From: Dicyema japonicum
Taxonomy: Eukaryota > Animalia > Dicyemida
Length of the DNA stretch: 64,000 nucleotides
NCBI GenBank assembly: GCA_011109175.1
Contig: RDEW01000012.1
Span: 1,337,438 to 1,401,437 of the forward strand
Direction: 5' to 3'
Shown here: positions 51,580 through 64,000 of the stretch, in pieces
How positions within the stretch are numbered: the first letter of the stretch is position 1
Layout: the number at the start of each line of letters is the position of its first letter
Notes under the pieces: generated by a model
Databases searched by the model: none
What the model saw: only the letters and a program-made list of their open reading frames with translations
What the model was told of the DNA's origin: nothing
Program-made: the position numbers and the translations under genes

Positions 51580-52460
51580 ATCCACATATTTTCCACTTGT
51601 ACACCCAGAAAAACAAACTCACACGATTCTTGTGATACGATCTTAAGGCTACGAACCATTAGATTTAATCTGAAGAACGAATGTACCCGTTCTTGCAACC
51701 GAACGAGACTTCCATTCACTGTCAAGAGAACAATATCTCTCAAGTTGAAAAATTATCCTTAGTATTTAATTTTGTTTCATTAACAATTAATAATCAGCGT
51801 GAATGGTGGATAGCAAAACCACTTCAGAACGCTTTTTTTTAAGGATCGAGCGTTCACCGCAATAATAGTAAGAACAAACTTCATGCTTGTAGAAACTCTG
51901 TCACATCAAAAAGAGCGACAACAGGTTCCGGATGTAGAGTCATTTTTCGACATAAATATCCATGCAGTTTGTCAACAGCATTTATCATTTCAAGTCTGCA
52001 ACTAGGCCCCACCAGTAGGAGTATTAAAATTTCCTCGTTGATCATAATTGGAAACAATGTTTGTATTTTCAATGTTCGGTGAGTATCCCTGACTAACTTT
52101 TCGTGTCCATTTGGGTGAAAATCATATTTTGGTCGTGTATATTTCCGGAAACACATTAAACAGCCTCAGTATTAATCCACGTAACGGATTGAAGATATTC
52201 TTAGTCATGTCTTTTGTACTTCTTCATCAAAAGCAGCATTTTACTGAGTAACAACCACCGTAACAAGCGAAATGACCAGTTTTCTCGCTGTTATTACATT
52301 TCTCTTCATTTTTTAACAAAAAAAGTTCATATCGAGACCCAAGAAGGGATTCCTTTTCCAACAACAGTGGGAAAATATAGTACGGAAGTGGTATAATATG
52401 TCCATCGATGTCAAATGACGTGTTCAAACCAAAATCATCGACACAAGCGTCTATATCCTA
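51580..52460 (-). mobile_element. LINE 5' remnant (ORF1 end and APE start)
   Basis: LTIIAVNARSL..NETKL endonuclease N-terminus begins at 51885. Confidence 0.5.
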
Positions 52461-53109
52461 TTTTGAGACAAATCAAGCGTGATTATTTTTTTGTAAAAGG
52501 ACAGGATCAACTTTATTTAAAATAAAAATTTTTTCAAATCGAATTTCAAACATTAGTTTTGATTTGCACATTCTGAATCGATATTGACTAAAAATGATTT
52601 CAAAGAAATCGTATAGGGATTTACATTGGCATTAATTCAAAAGATATCCAATATGAAAAAGTTAAATTAAAAAAATTACACATTGTTTAACGTTTAAGTA
52701 TTCGATATTTTTGTTAAATAAAATTCAGAGCAATTATTTATTATTAACCCAGATTCAATGAGTTAAAAGGAAAGAAAGCTCCCAACTAACTTACAAACTC
52801 CAGACCAAAATAGATGAAGTCCTATTCGACGTGGAAAAAAATCTTGGTTGGTTTCCAGAAATAACAAGTGATTAAGTCGTATCTATGGTAGTTTTTAAGG
52901 TATTTATTTTTGGTTTCATTTAGGTTGCTGTTTGTAATAGTAAATACCATAACCATTTTCATTAGGTTAAATAATATTTTTAGTTCAACAACCAGATAGG
53001 TTTATATAACAACATTAAAAATGAGATAATGAATCGTAATTGGAATTACTTCTCAGGATAGTCTAAAACAGTTCGAAGTAGAAAAATATCACAAATGCGA
53101 TCTTCTATA

Positions 53110-53300
53110 AAGTGAATCACATACAACGTTCGAGGCCTCTCAGCTATATTCAAGAGGAACAACTATCTTAAGATCTGTCACGTTACAAAATTGACATCTG
53201 CTGCGTACAAAAAACAAAAAATGCCCATGGATACGAAGGAATCTTTGGAAACTACCGGATTATCTAACTCCCATCAGACAATAGTTATGACCCTGTAATG
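53110..53300 (+). mobile_element. RTE APE endonuclease fragment
   Basis: ITYNVRGL..DLSRYKIDICCVQ.TK. Confidence 0.7.
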
Positions 53301-54637
53301 AGAGAATTGTCGGAACAGCAGATGGAAACACGTTCGAAACTGTGAAGTTCAAATTCGAATAAAAGTGCATCAAAGAGGAAACGCAACCAAATATCACATT
53401 TGATAAGAAAACGACCAAATGACCTCTGGCAGAAATATTTGGACGGTAAGGCGACTGAAATTGAAAACCGTAAGTATGGAAGACGAATGTGGGCGAGGAT
53501 TGATGCACAGCATGGCTCAAACAAACCCCTTTAAGGGTACGCTAAGGAGCTTTTAACCAACTAACTAAATAAAGTGAACAATTGTTAAGGAAAGATTATA
53601 CTATTTGTTATCACCTGGGATGGAGTTATCCCGAGATACTTTAAAAACAATTTGGATAAGCTATTTATTTAAGCAGAAATAAGAACTTCATTCAGTAAGT
53701 TATTTTGAATAGGATTCTCGAAAGTATGCTAATTTAATATTAAAACGGGATGAAGGTTACTGATGAACAGTCATCTCGGCGACTTATCAACTTGTGTCCT
53801 CACTCGCATTCCGTGAGGACATCCCACTGAATTTTAATAGAGATTGATTGCAACAATATATTCTAGATATTTAATTTATGACATTTTTTGTCATGATTAG
53901 TCCAGGATGCATGTTTTCAATCAACTAACTGATTTAAGAAAAATCATTTATAATAATTTGAGTCCTCGATTTTTACAATGAAAGATATTTGTATAGCGTG
54001 ACATTATTAATTGATTTCTTTGTATACAAAATAATGATCCTTTCCGTCTTCATTTTTTAAATAATTTCGACAAGTTCATGCAGTTGAAATAAGACTTGAA
54101 ACGTTAATCACTCCTTGGTACTTTGCTGTAAAAATGATCCGATAATGATTGGTAAGAATAATACAGTTATTTAGCATAGCTCCATAATATTAATTATAAA
54201 ACCTTTCAAACATTGCAATAACAGCCCATCCACCAAGAATAAGCTGAGGTTTAAGTAATGGAAACATGACTACTCTTTGGTTGAAGGAGTGTTATTGTAT
54301 TGTCTAAATCCCATAACGTCTATGATAAAATATCACTTTCAATTTCATAAAACTGAAAAATTCGAAACATGTTAAATATGATGAGTTGCTTTTATTCTTT
54401 AAATTATTACTGGAACGAGAGAAATTAGATTTTAATCACTAAAAAGATTTCAGACGCACAGGAAAAGGATATTTTATCATTCTGTTGAATAAAATTCATA
54501 AGTTTTAATTCCTACTAAAGTCAATAAGAAAGAAAGAATAAAACTTATTGAGAGTTCACTTTACTAAAGAATGGAAGTCCTTGGTTTTCTTTAAAAGTAT
54601 TTTTGATAGGTTCGACAATATAGCCGAACAAGAGTCA

Positions 54638-55400
54638 CTTTATCTAACCAATAATAAAAGTTAATATTTAATAATCAACAACCTCCCTCGTCTGCCTGTT
54701 CGCCAGCCTCCTCAGGCAGGTTCGTTTCTGGTTGTTGAATCAACTCCGAGAGCGCTTGTCCAATTGAACCTTCTGCCCATATGGCATCTCCGGGCTCTGC
54801 CTCCTATACTCCAGTGTCAGGCTCTCTAGTATCCGCTTTAATACAGTAGACTGTAGATAGGCCTGGAGCTTCCTATCTACCACCAACTGCTTCAGATAAC
54901 CCTTGTGTATTTTGTTGCAATTCCTTTCCGCGTCATTATTATTGGAATAACGAGGATTTTGCAACCAACCATCTGCCCCATCTCGTTCGCAATAAGTCAT
55001 ACTTCCTTTTTTCTTCCACTTCCACAGTCTGCAAACGGTCTTGAGATGTAATGCCAACCTCTATCATTAGGGCTTCGCCAGACTCCTTATCGTGTGCCAC
55101 AATGTCCGGTTTATTGTGCTTGCCTGGTGTTCTCTACTACAGATTGCACCTTAGCAACTTTCTGGTGTGACGAATACCATACTTATTGCATAGTAGAAGA
55201 TGAAGACTCCTTACTACCTCGTTATGCATCCACACATAGTTGTGGCAGAACATGGATCCGCACCGAGTGGCTAAATGATCAACCGACATGCTCCTTGACT
55301 TACAATGGAGACATGTATTTGTTGATCGACCCCAAAAAATATTGCGGTCTTGCAGATATGTGTACAGCGCCTCCGATCGAGGTGAGTTTTCATAGTATTT
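54638..55400 (-). mobile_element. R4-like element 3' part (same family as 9465-10625)
   Basis: Colinear nucleotide match. Confidence 0.85.
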
Positions 55401-56693
55401 TAGCCATTAGAATCTTTGATCGAATAGATCTTATCGATCCTTTAAGAGACAATAGAGAGACCTCTTAATATCTCAAATAAATCTATCCAAAACTATAGAA
55501 AATAAAGAAAACAGCCAGTCTTTGCAGTTGGACGGACCTCTTAAAAAGTGCACCTATCGAATGAGAAAGTCGCGCTAATTTATCACCAACTGAGAAGCAT
55601 AGACTATGTGATTTCACTCTAGTACTATGGGAAAAGATAAGGAAGTGACGAAAGAATGAGAATCCTTTTACAAAGTAACCAAAGGGGCAATGGAACTCAT
55701 AAANNNNNNNNNNNNNNNNNNNNNNNNNNNNNNNNNNNNNNNNNNNNNNNNNNNNNNNNNNNNNNNNNNNNNNNNNNNNNNNNNNNNNNNNNNNNNNNNN
55801 NNNNNNNNNNNNNNNNNNNNNNNNNNNNNNNNNNNNNNNNNNNNNNNNNNNNNNNNNNNNNNNNNNNNNNNNNNNNNNNNNNNNNNNNNNNNNNNNNNNN
55901 NNNNNNNNNNNNNNNNNNNNNNNNNNNNNNNNNNNNNNNNNNNNNNNNNNNNNNNNNNNNNNNNNNNNNNNNNNNNNNNNNNNNNNNNNNNNNNNNNNNN
56001 NNNNNNNNNNNNNNNNNNNNNNNNNNNNNNNNNNNNNNNNNNNNNNNNNNNNNNNNNNNNNNNNNNNNNNNNNNNNNNNNNNNNNNNNNNNNNNNNNNNN
56101 NNNNNNNNNNNNNNNNNNNNNNNNNNNNNNNNNNNNNNNNNNNNNNNNNNNNNNNNNNNNNNNNNNNNNNNNNNNNNNNNNNNNNNNNNNNNNNNNNNNN
56201 NNNNNNNNNNNNNNNNNNNNNNNNNNNNNNNNNNNNNNNNNNNNNNNNNNNNNNNNNNNNNNNNNNNNNNNNNNNNNNNNNNNNNNNNNNNNNNNNNNNN
56301 NNNNNNNNNNNNNNNNNNNNNNNNNNNNNNNNNNNNNNNNNNNNNNNNNNNNNNNNNNNNNNNNNNNNNNNNNNNNNNNNNNNNNNNNNNNNNNNNNNNN
56401 NNNNNNNNNNNNNNNNNNNNNNNNNNNNNNNNNNNNNNNNNNNNNNNNNNNNNNNNNNNNNNNNNNNNNNNNNNNNNNNNNNNNNNNNNNNNNNNNNNNN
56501 NNNNNNNNNNNNNNNNNNNNNNNNNNNNNNNNNNNNNNNNNNNNNNNNNNNNNNNNNNNNNNNNNNNNNNNNNNNNNNNNNNNNNNNNNNNNNNNNNNNN
56601 NNNNNNNNNNNNNNNNNNNNNNNNNNNNNNNNNNNNNNNNNNNNNNNNNNNNNNNNNNNNNNNNNNNNNNNNNNNNNNNNNNNNNNNNNNNNN

Positions 56694-57885
56694 ATCCAAT
56701 ACAGGATTTAATACCTCTTCTTTTTATGCTACCGTTACTAAAGTAAACAATTCTGGATTCCCTAGTGTCAATATTGGATTTAATTCTCAAGGTTTTCAAT
56801 CTTCCAACACAGGATTACATACCTGTTTTCCATCGTCCAATACGGGATTTAATACCTCTGCTATTCCTGCTACCGTTACTAAAGTAAACACTGGTGGATT
56901 CCCTACTGCCAATACTGGTTTTCTATCCGCCAACACCAGATTAAATACTTGTTTTTTCTCTTCCAATACGATATTTAATACTGGCAAATTTCCTGCAACA
57001 AATTCTTGATTATACTCCTCTCTTTTTTCCTTTATAAATACTGGGGCGTTCCTAGTGCCGATACCGGAATAAATATCGCTTTTTCCAAAACTAAATTTTT
57101 TTCCAAAACTAAATCCAAGAATAAATCAGGTTTTCTTTCCACTGCGACTAACACCTCTGTCTTTCCTGTTTCAAATAATCTTCAAACTGAAAAATTAAAA
57201 AATAGTAAGTCACAAGTCTCAAACTATGAGTCTTTCTCCAAGGTTGAAGATTTGACCTCTTCAGCGACCCTTCAACTAATAGATGCTACAAGAAATATTG
57301 AGAGCAAGATATGAAATCACGACTAACTTATCTAAAATTGAACATGAATTTGAAAATGCTAAAAATTGAACATGAATTTGAAAATGCTAAAATTGAATAT
57401 GAATTTGAAAATGTCATGACTTGATTGTCCGCTGTAGCGATAGCAGCTACTTTCTTAGACCGACTTTGGAAGATATCAATTCTCTGGTTACTGAAAATAA
57501 ACGAATACATGATCTGATTGTGGCGAAGCCTGACTTTAGAAGTAATAAGTTTCTGAAACCTGTCAGTCTTGCTAGTATGGATATTTCTGAGACGGGTTTG
57601 GGGGATATTATTTTAGTGTGTATAGGTAAGAATATTATTGAGTTGTACCCTGATAACAACTGGCCTCCTCAGGGGAAGGGACTTAATGTTCATGCCAGAG
57701 TGAATCTACTAAATTGCTGGCCTCATGAGAAAAATTCTGGATCTTTCATAAAAGATGCTGATATCATTGAAAGCTACGGTTGGGTCGAAAATCTGAAGGG
57801 GCAGACTAAGGAAATGGGCGCTACTTTCATTAGCTATACTCCTGAAAATGGCAAGTGGGTTTATGAAATTAACAACTGCAATTAA
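56694..57885 (+). pseudogene. NUP98: Nup98-like copy 2 (5' part lies in the gap; disrupted)
   Basis: Closely matches 39008-40398; frameshifts near 57007 and 57310; no CRE insertion. Confidence 0.8.
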
Positions 57886-59458
57886 AATTTTGACCATCTT
57901 AACTATTTCAAATACAATTATATGATATTTTCTTTATTTCGATTTTTTATTTTTTGCGAATTATTATTAACAACAATATTGAATATTAACCGGCATTTCA
58001 GCACGCCGCCCGACACAAGACTACCTGGGTAAGTTGTAGAACAACCAAAAATGAAGAGGAACAAAAAATATTCAATTAAATAGATTATATTTTGTGCAAG
58101 CAGTAGCACAAGAAATTATTAGTGGACTCTCGTTCGTATGGAGGAGCATTGACAAATAGCGATCACAAGATCGTAGTCTGTCGGTTGAATCTTAGCAGGC
58201 TTTATGGAATATTATGTGCGAATCATGCACGTCCCAGAAAAACACAGATGATAGCGGGCGAAGAATTAGCAAATAATCCTGCACTTCCGCGTTGCCATAA
58301 GCACGTCAAATGCCTAGGGTTTCGCTCGTGCTGTACACTCGACTATCCTCCCAGTCAGCCCTCTCCATCTGGCTCTGTTTTCGCGCGTTTACAAATATCC
58401 TAAAGATGGTCTCCAGTTTTGAGTTGACCGCTAATTCGTGCGTAATCGTTATTCAGGCAGAAGGGAAGCGTACATCTTGGCCGACCCCGAAATCTAATTC
58501 CGTGATTTGAATAGTAATTTTACATGATTTGATTGCAAGGAATCACTTCGTCCATTCTCAGAACATGTCCGAAAAGTCGCCAGCGTGAGGTAATTACTTA
58601 TCTGCTTATCGGTTTGCAATAACACAATTTGTAGCGAGTGTCGTTTTTGATAATCTGTAACCATTTGATTTCTGCAATTTTTTTCTAGTCTGTGAAGTCT
58701 GTGAAGGTCCGTTTTTGATGTTCCCTGTGTTCCCGAGTTAAATAATAGGACTGGTTGTATGAACACGTTATATAAGCGCATCCGAAGATTTAAGTAGATA
58801 AGTTTTCTGCGAGTCCAAATACTCCACATCTTTTTCAGTGAACACGATGCCAACATCTTTCTGCGAGCAATCTCCTCAGCATCACCCAAAAACAAGTCTA
58901 CCCTTTTAGTAAACCTCCATTTCTCATCAATCCGTATCGGTAACCGCTGAATCGAAGTTAACTCCGTTTTTTCTGAATTGATCTTCTAAGACCATCTCAC
59001 CAGAACTGTTGTGACTTTATCTAGTACAGTTCTTAGTACCTCCACGTCCTCAAACACAAAATCGATGTCATCAGCATATATTAAATCCACAAAATGATTT
59101 TTTAAGTGACCCAATTCTACTTATGTTTATTGTTTAATAAATTAAATAGTGATACAAAAACCTCACTTTAACTATATTACAGGTAAAACAATTTAAAAAT
59201 GTAAAACACAATGTTAATTTCCTTTCTTATGATTTTTTTAATTTTTGGGCGTGGAAAAATTAATTCATAATTTCAGGTTTATGTAACCATTATTAGATTT
59301 GCGGTTTTAAGTAAAACCACTAGAAAACTTGGTGAAAATACAAAATCCAATAAATTAAACTATCATCATTATTCCAAACACAATCTCCTACTCGGATGGT
59401 TTATGCCAGGGGTCTCAAACTCAAATCATTGCATGGGCCATTTTATGATCCGTAATTT
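56694..59458. repeat. Segmental duplication of 39008-41968
   Basis: Colinear Nup98-like, RTE and hAT TIR sequences, bounded by gaps. Confidence 0.9.
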
Positions 59459-60817
59459 NNNNNNNNNNNNNNNNNNNNNNNNNNNNNNNNNNNNNNNNNN
59501 NNNNNNNNNNNNNNNNNNNNNNNNNNNNNNNNNNNNNNNNNNNNNNNNNNNNNNNNNNNNNNNNNNNNNNNNNNNNNNNNNNNNNNNNNNNNNNNNNNNN
59601 NNNNTATATGCATATTTAACAATTTATTATTTAATTTTACGCATATTTAACTTCCGATGAATTTTTTAAACTTTTTTCTCTATCTTAATACATTTAATTA
59701 TTAAAAAGCTTTTTTTAGTTTGCTGTAGTTGAACACTGTTCAATCTAAATTTAAAATGAACAATTAACTTATTTTTGATCGAATAATGACTGACAATGAT
59801 TCCAAAAAAATCGTATATGTATTGATATCGGCATTAATTAAAAAGATATCCAATATACAAAAGTCCTAAATTAAAAAAAGTGTCACAATGATTGACGTTT
59901 AGTATTCGATATTTATCTTTGGCAGTTGATTGTGATCAGTCGCTCTTTAGGCCATTTTCTGGATAGCTGTGATCTTCTCTGTGATCTCCTTTCATTGACT
60001 CTTCCCGATTACTTTAAGTGCTATTATTCTTCGTAAGACTCTCTTTCATTAATGCGTTGCCCAGCATATATGATATCAGTGATATCGATGATAACCAAAC
60101 TATGCACGGAATAAATATATACCTTTATTGCTGCATTAATTTTATTCAAAATCTTCTTTCTAGCATTTGTCTGGGAATCTTCGAAGGTTCATTTCCGCAT
60201 GATAACTTTCACAATTTGGCAGCAAAACTCTTCAAAGCATTTTCCAAAATTTGAAACTTCAGTTTTGTGTTTCCTCCACTGGAAGACCAGAGAGTGATTC
60301 ACCCAACTTGGAAAAGAACAAGCTCTTAAAATTGGTAACAGATTTCGATGTCTCGAATTTTGGGAGGACTCTGATTTTTGAATTTTGCAGACTCACGAAG
60401 TCCACAGCCTATTGTTTTCAGGTGAACTTTGTCAACTAGGGATTGCAGATAGAGATGTTCTATAATGTCAGTGTTTACACTTCTTGCATCTTTGGCAAGT
60501 CATCGAGCACATTTTTTATTAGAAACCAACCACCATGTCCAAAACAACAGGAAATTTAGTTAAATAAATAAAATTATTCTAAAATCCAAGGGTAAAATCA
60601 CAATTAACTAATTCCATGATCATGGCGCGTTCCAGTCAGACCGTTACTAAAGACAATGATTCAGAGGACGGCGTCCGATGAGCTGAAATCGATTCCAAAA
60701 CTCGTTGTAAGAAAACGATATTGTCTCCGGGTGGAATGAATGTGGAATGAAGATAAGAATTAAACTTGGCATTGTTTTACTGCGATTTTTAAATTTTTAT
60801 AATTTCTTTATGCATAT

Positions 60818-61143
60818 AATAATAATAACAGCCTTTTTCACGGAGCCGTGGTATTAGCTCCGCATAGACAGGACACACACTTTATTTAAGTAAAGAACAG
60901 TTAATTTTAACTAATCGTAAACCAAGGAATGATCTTCACTTCTTCTTTTTTTTCTTTTTCTTGTGTGAGTGTTTTTTCTAGACAATCCAGTTCCGCAGTG
61001 AGTATTCACTGATGACGGCGTCACTCGTCAAACCCTTTCCGCATCGTAGATGCGTGGAACCTTCCACCAGGTGAACAGCAGCGAGATTCGAACCCGTTGC
61101 CTAAGCCACTTAAGTCCGACGCCTAACCACTAAGCCACCCGGC
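60818..61143 (-). mobile_element. SINE family 1, full-length tRNA-derived copy
   Basis: A box TGGCTTAGTGG, B box GGTTCGAATC, (TAT)n tail, TSD TTTATGCATAT (60807-60817 and 61144-61154); empty site near 29458. Confidence 0.92.
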
Positions 61144-61241
61144 TTTATGCATATTTAACAATGTAATAATCAATTTTACGCATATTTAACTTCCGATGAA
61201 TCTTTTAAACTTTTTTTTCAATCCTACTATATTAAATTATT

Positions 61242-61464
61242 TTTATTTTTTTAAAATAATTTTTTTAACAATTAAACAAATGTCAGTTGAGGAAGCCTGC
61301 TGCGTGGATTGCGAACGAATTCCTTCGGAATATGGCCATTCCAATCTTTTGTCTTAGCCATAACCCTTCTCGTTGATCTCTTTTCTTTCTGGCAAGCTAT
61401 CCTCCGAGTTTTCGCAAGAACTCAGCCGTCATTGGACCAAATGCTCTCGATGATTCGGTTATTG
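61242..61464 (-). mobile_element. CRE 3' fragment
   Basis: AFGPMTAEFLRKLG..WLRQKIGMAIFRRNS; TSD AATTATT; empty site near 29548. Confidence 0.85.
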
Positions 61465-63038
61465 AATTATTAATAAAGAGTTATAATTTTTCTAATTTAA
61501 TATATTCAAAATGAAATTCAAACATTTTAAGTATTAGATATTTATCTTTCTACAATTCGTAACAACTGTATTATAATTATTACCTTAGGATCACCTTGTT
61601 TAAAATATAGTTCCCAACTAACCAAATAACCCAAGAACGATACGTGTGAAGTCCAATCCGACGTGGACAAGAATCCAGGATGGTTTTTGAGAAACGATAT
61701 ATTTTATCTTGTATCTAGGTTGGTCTATATGACATATCTTATTTGTTTCATAGAGTCCTAATAACTAGTAACTGCCCAAATTATCTTCTGTTGTCATTTA
61801 TTCAAAACTGCTTCCAGAGGGNNNNNNNNNNNNNNNNNNNNNNNNNNNNNNNNNNNNNNNNNNNNNNNNNNNNNNNNNNNNNNNNNNNNNNNNNNNNNNN
61901 NNNNNNNNNNNNNNNNNNNNNNNNNNNNNNNNNNNNNNNNNNNNNNNNNNNNNNNNNNNNNNNNNNNNNNNNNNNNNNNNNNNNNNNNNNNNNNNNNNNN
62001 NNNNNNNNNNNNNNNNNNNNNNNNNNNNNNNNNNNNNNNNNNNNNNNNNNNNNNNNNNNNNNNNNNNNNNNNNNNNNNNNNNNNNNNNNNNNNNNNNNNN
62101 NNNNNNNNNNNNNNNNNNNNNNNNNNNNNNNNNNNNNNNNNNNNNNNNNNNNNNNNNNNNNNNNNNNNNNNNNNNNNNNNNNNNNNNNNNNNNNNNNNNN
62201 NNNNNNNNNNNNNNNNNNNNNNNNNNNNNNNNNNNNNNNNNNNNNNNNNNNNNNNNNNNNNNNNNNNNNNNNNNNNNNNNNNNNNNNNNNNNNNNNNNNN
62301 NNNNNNNNNNNNNNNNNNNNNNNNNNNNNNNNNNNNNNNNNNNNNNNNNNNNNNNNNNNNNNNNNNNNNNNNNNNNNNNNNNNNNNNNNNNNNNNNNNNN
62401 NNNNNNNNNNNNNNNNNNNNNNNNNNNNNNNNNNNNNNNNNNNNNNNNNNNNNNNNNNNNNNNNNNNNNNNNNNNNNNNNNNNNNNNNNNNNNNNNNNNN
62501 NNNNNNNNNNNNNNNNNNNNNNNNNNNNNNNNNNNNNNNNNNNNNNNNNNNNNNNNNNNNNNNNNNNNNNNNNNNNNNNNNNNNNNNNNNNNNNNNNNNN
62601 NNNNNNNNNNNNNNNNNNNNNNNNNNNNNNNNNNNNNNNNNNNNNNNNNNNNNNNNNNNNNNNNNNNNNNNNNNNNNNNNNNNNNNNNNNNNNNNNNNNN
62701 NNNNNNNNNNNNNNNNNNNNNNNNNNNNNNNNNNNNNNNNNNNNNNNNNNNNNNNNNNNNNNNNNNNNNNNNNNNNNNNNNNNNNNNNNNNAAAATTATA
62801 TTTATTAAATATTATTTCTGATTTTTTTGTTATAACGATTTTATCTAGATATTTAAATTATCAGATTTTTTATATTATTTTTTATTGTATGTGAATTTTT
62901 TTATTGGCGAATTCGGGGACAACTCGCTTGTAACTGACTTAACAAAAATCATTTAATATAAATGTAGAGTCCTCGATTTAATGTGAAGAATTAACGTTTT
63001 TTATCGAATAAAAGTGTCAGATGGTTAGTAAAAGAAAT

Positions 63039-63378
63039 ATTAAAATTAAATTTTGCAGTCTTGTATGATTTTTGGTTTGACAATTTCTTTTGATTTAAAA
63101 TCATCTTCAAAATTGGTTCCTATTAATGAAATATTAAAAATTTACGTTTTAGCTCACACAAAAACCACATTTTTGAATGAGCAGAATTGTCGTTCCAGTA
63201 ATAACTTTATTAAAATTAAATTTTGCAGTCTTGTATGATTTTTGGTTTGACAATTTCTTTTGATTTAAAATCATCTTCAAAATTGGTTCCTATTAATGAA
63301 ATATTAAAAATTTACGTTTTAGCTCACACAAAAACCACATTTTTGAATGAGCAGAATTGTCGTTCCAGTAATAACTTT
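63039..63378. repeat. 170-bp tandem duplication of the lectin 3' end
   Basis: 63039-63208 matches 63209-63378. Confidence 0.85.
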
Positions 63379-63783
63379 TTTTAAAAAAGTGAACAGTGTC
63401 TTCGTCATCGCCATAATAATGTCGATTATCTGGTTGATCGATATCCCAATTAAAATATTTCTTAAAGTTATAATAATAAAACTTGATTTTCTCCATATGA
63501 ATTAATAAAATGACCTTCCTGTTTAATGTCGTTTATCCCAAATCTGATATAATCGTAAAATTTAGAAACAATTTCAATGTAAAGATATTCATTTATTTGT
63601 TCACTATGAATATTTGCTAAAACCATATTCTTTTTTCTACAATATTTTATCGAATCAATATATGTTAAATTATTTTTGATTAAAAAATAGCATGTTCCTT
63701 TATAACAGTCTAAATATATGCTTTAAAAAAATACATTCAGCTAAAAGCAGCTTCACCAAAAAGATAATAATTAAACTTGGCAT
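63293..63783 (-). CDS. Atypical secreted C-type lectin, intact copy
   Basis: MPSLIIIFLVKLLLAE; introns 63710-63734 (25 nt) and 63461-63482 (22 nt) keep the frame; NWDIDQPDN..DEDTVHF..WNDNSAHSKMWFLCE. Confidence 0.9.
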
Positions 63784-64000
63784 TATTTTACTGCGATTTT
63801 TTAATTTTTATAATTTCTTTATGCATATTTAACAATGTAATAATTAATTTTACGCATTTTTAACTTTTGATGAATCCTTTAAACTTTTTTTTCTTACTAT
63901 ATGTGATCGGCTTTGCACGATGTGATCGTCAGAACTCTGAAGGCTACAAGCTTCCCATCTCAGCTTGAACTAGTGGGTCTCGATCGAAAAGATGGAAAGA

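Noticed and set aside
55483-57009. Long ORFs in the track here and at 59403 and 61743
   Set aside because: They are artefacts of N gaps.
57332-57413. Short direct repeats as a CRISPR array (also 5690 and 11969)
   Set aside because: No unique spacers, eukaryotic context and no cas genes.
60990-61035. Hammerhead-like CTGATGA..stem..AAAC in SINE1
   Set aside because: It is antisense to the SINE, reads CAAAC instead of GAAAC in both headed copies, and has no proper stem III.
61070-61143. Possible tRNA gene (also 43530-43601 and 27550-27623)
   Set aside because: A/B boxes are present but there is no acceptor stem; the sequences continue into SINE bodies with tails.
63039-63208. Second lectin terminal exon as an alternative-splicing cassette
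   Set aside because: The copy starts mid-exon without an acceptor, appears identical and lies near a gap; likely an assembly artefact or trivial duplication.

Overview
AT-rich eukaryotic (animal-like) genomic DNA with three N gaps; there are no prokaryotic features. Real genes are split by 20-29 nt GT-AG micro-introns, which is why the ORF track misses them. This intron size points to a dicyemid-like compact-intron animal (inference). Genes recovered by manual splicing: an intact POLA2 with 10 micro-introns; two Ig-domain type I membrane protein genes, each carrying a piece of the POLA2 3' end upstream; a two-finger C2H2 gene; a canonical QPD C-type lectin; a dispersed family of secreted C-type lectins that lack the inner disulfide; two Nup98-like copies (GLEBS seen in copy 1, GF-rich repeats, autoproteolytic-type domain without HFS); and SSNA1 with two frameshifts. 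Most remaining DNA is decayed transposons: CRE and R4-like RLE retroelements, RTE and Jockey/I-like LINEs, hAT and pogo DNA transposons, and tRNA-derived SINEs, one of which shares its 3' tail with RTE. The region 56.7-61.8 kb duplicates pieces of 28-44 kb and exposes presence/absence insertions with TSDs. Transposon boundaries are approximate.
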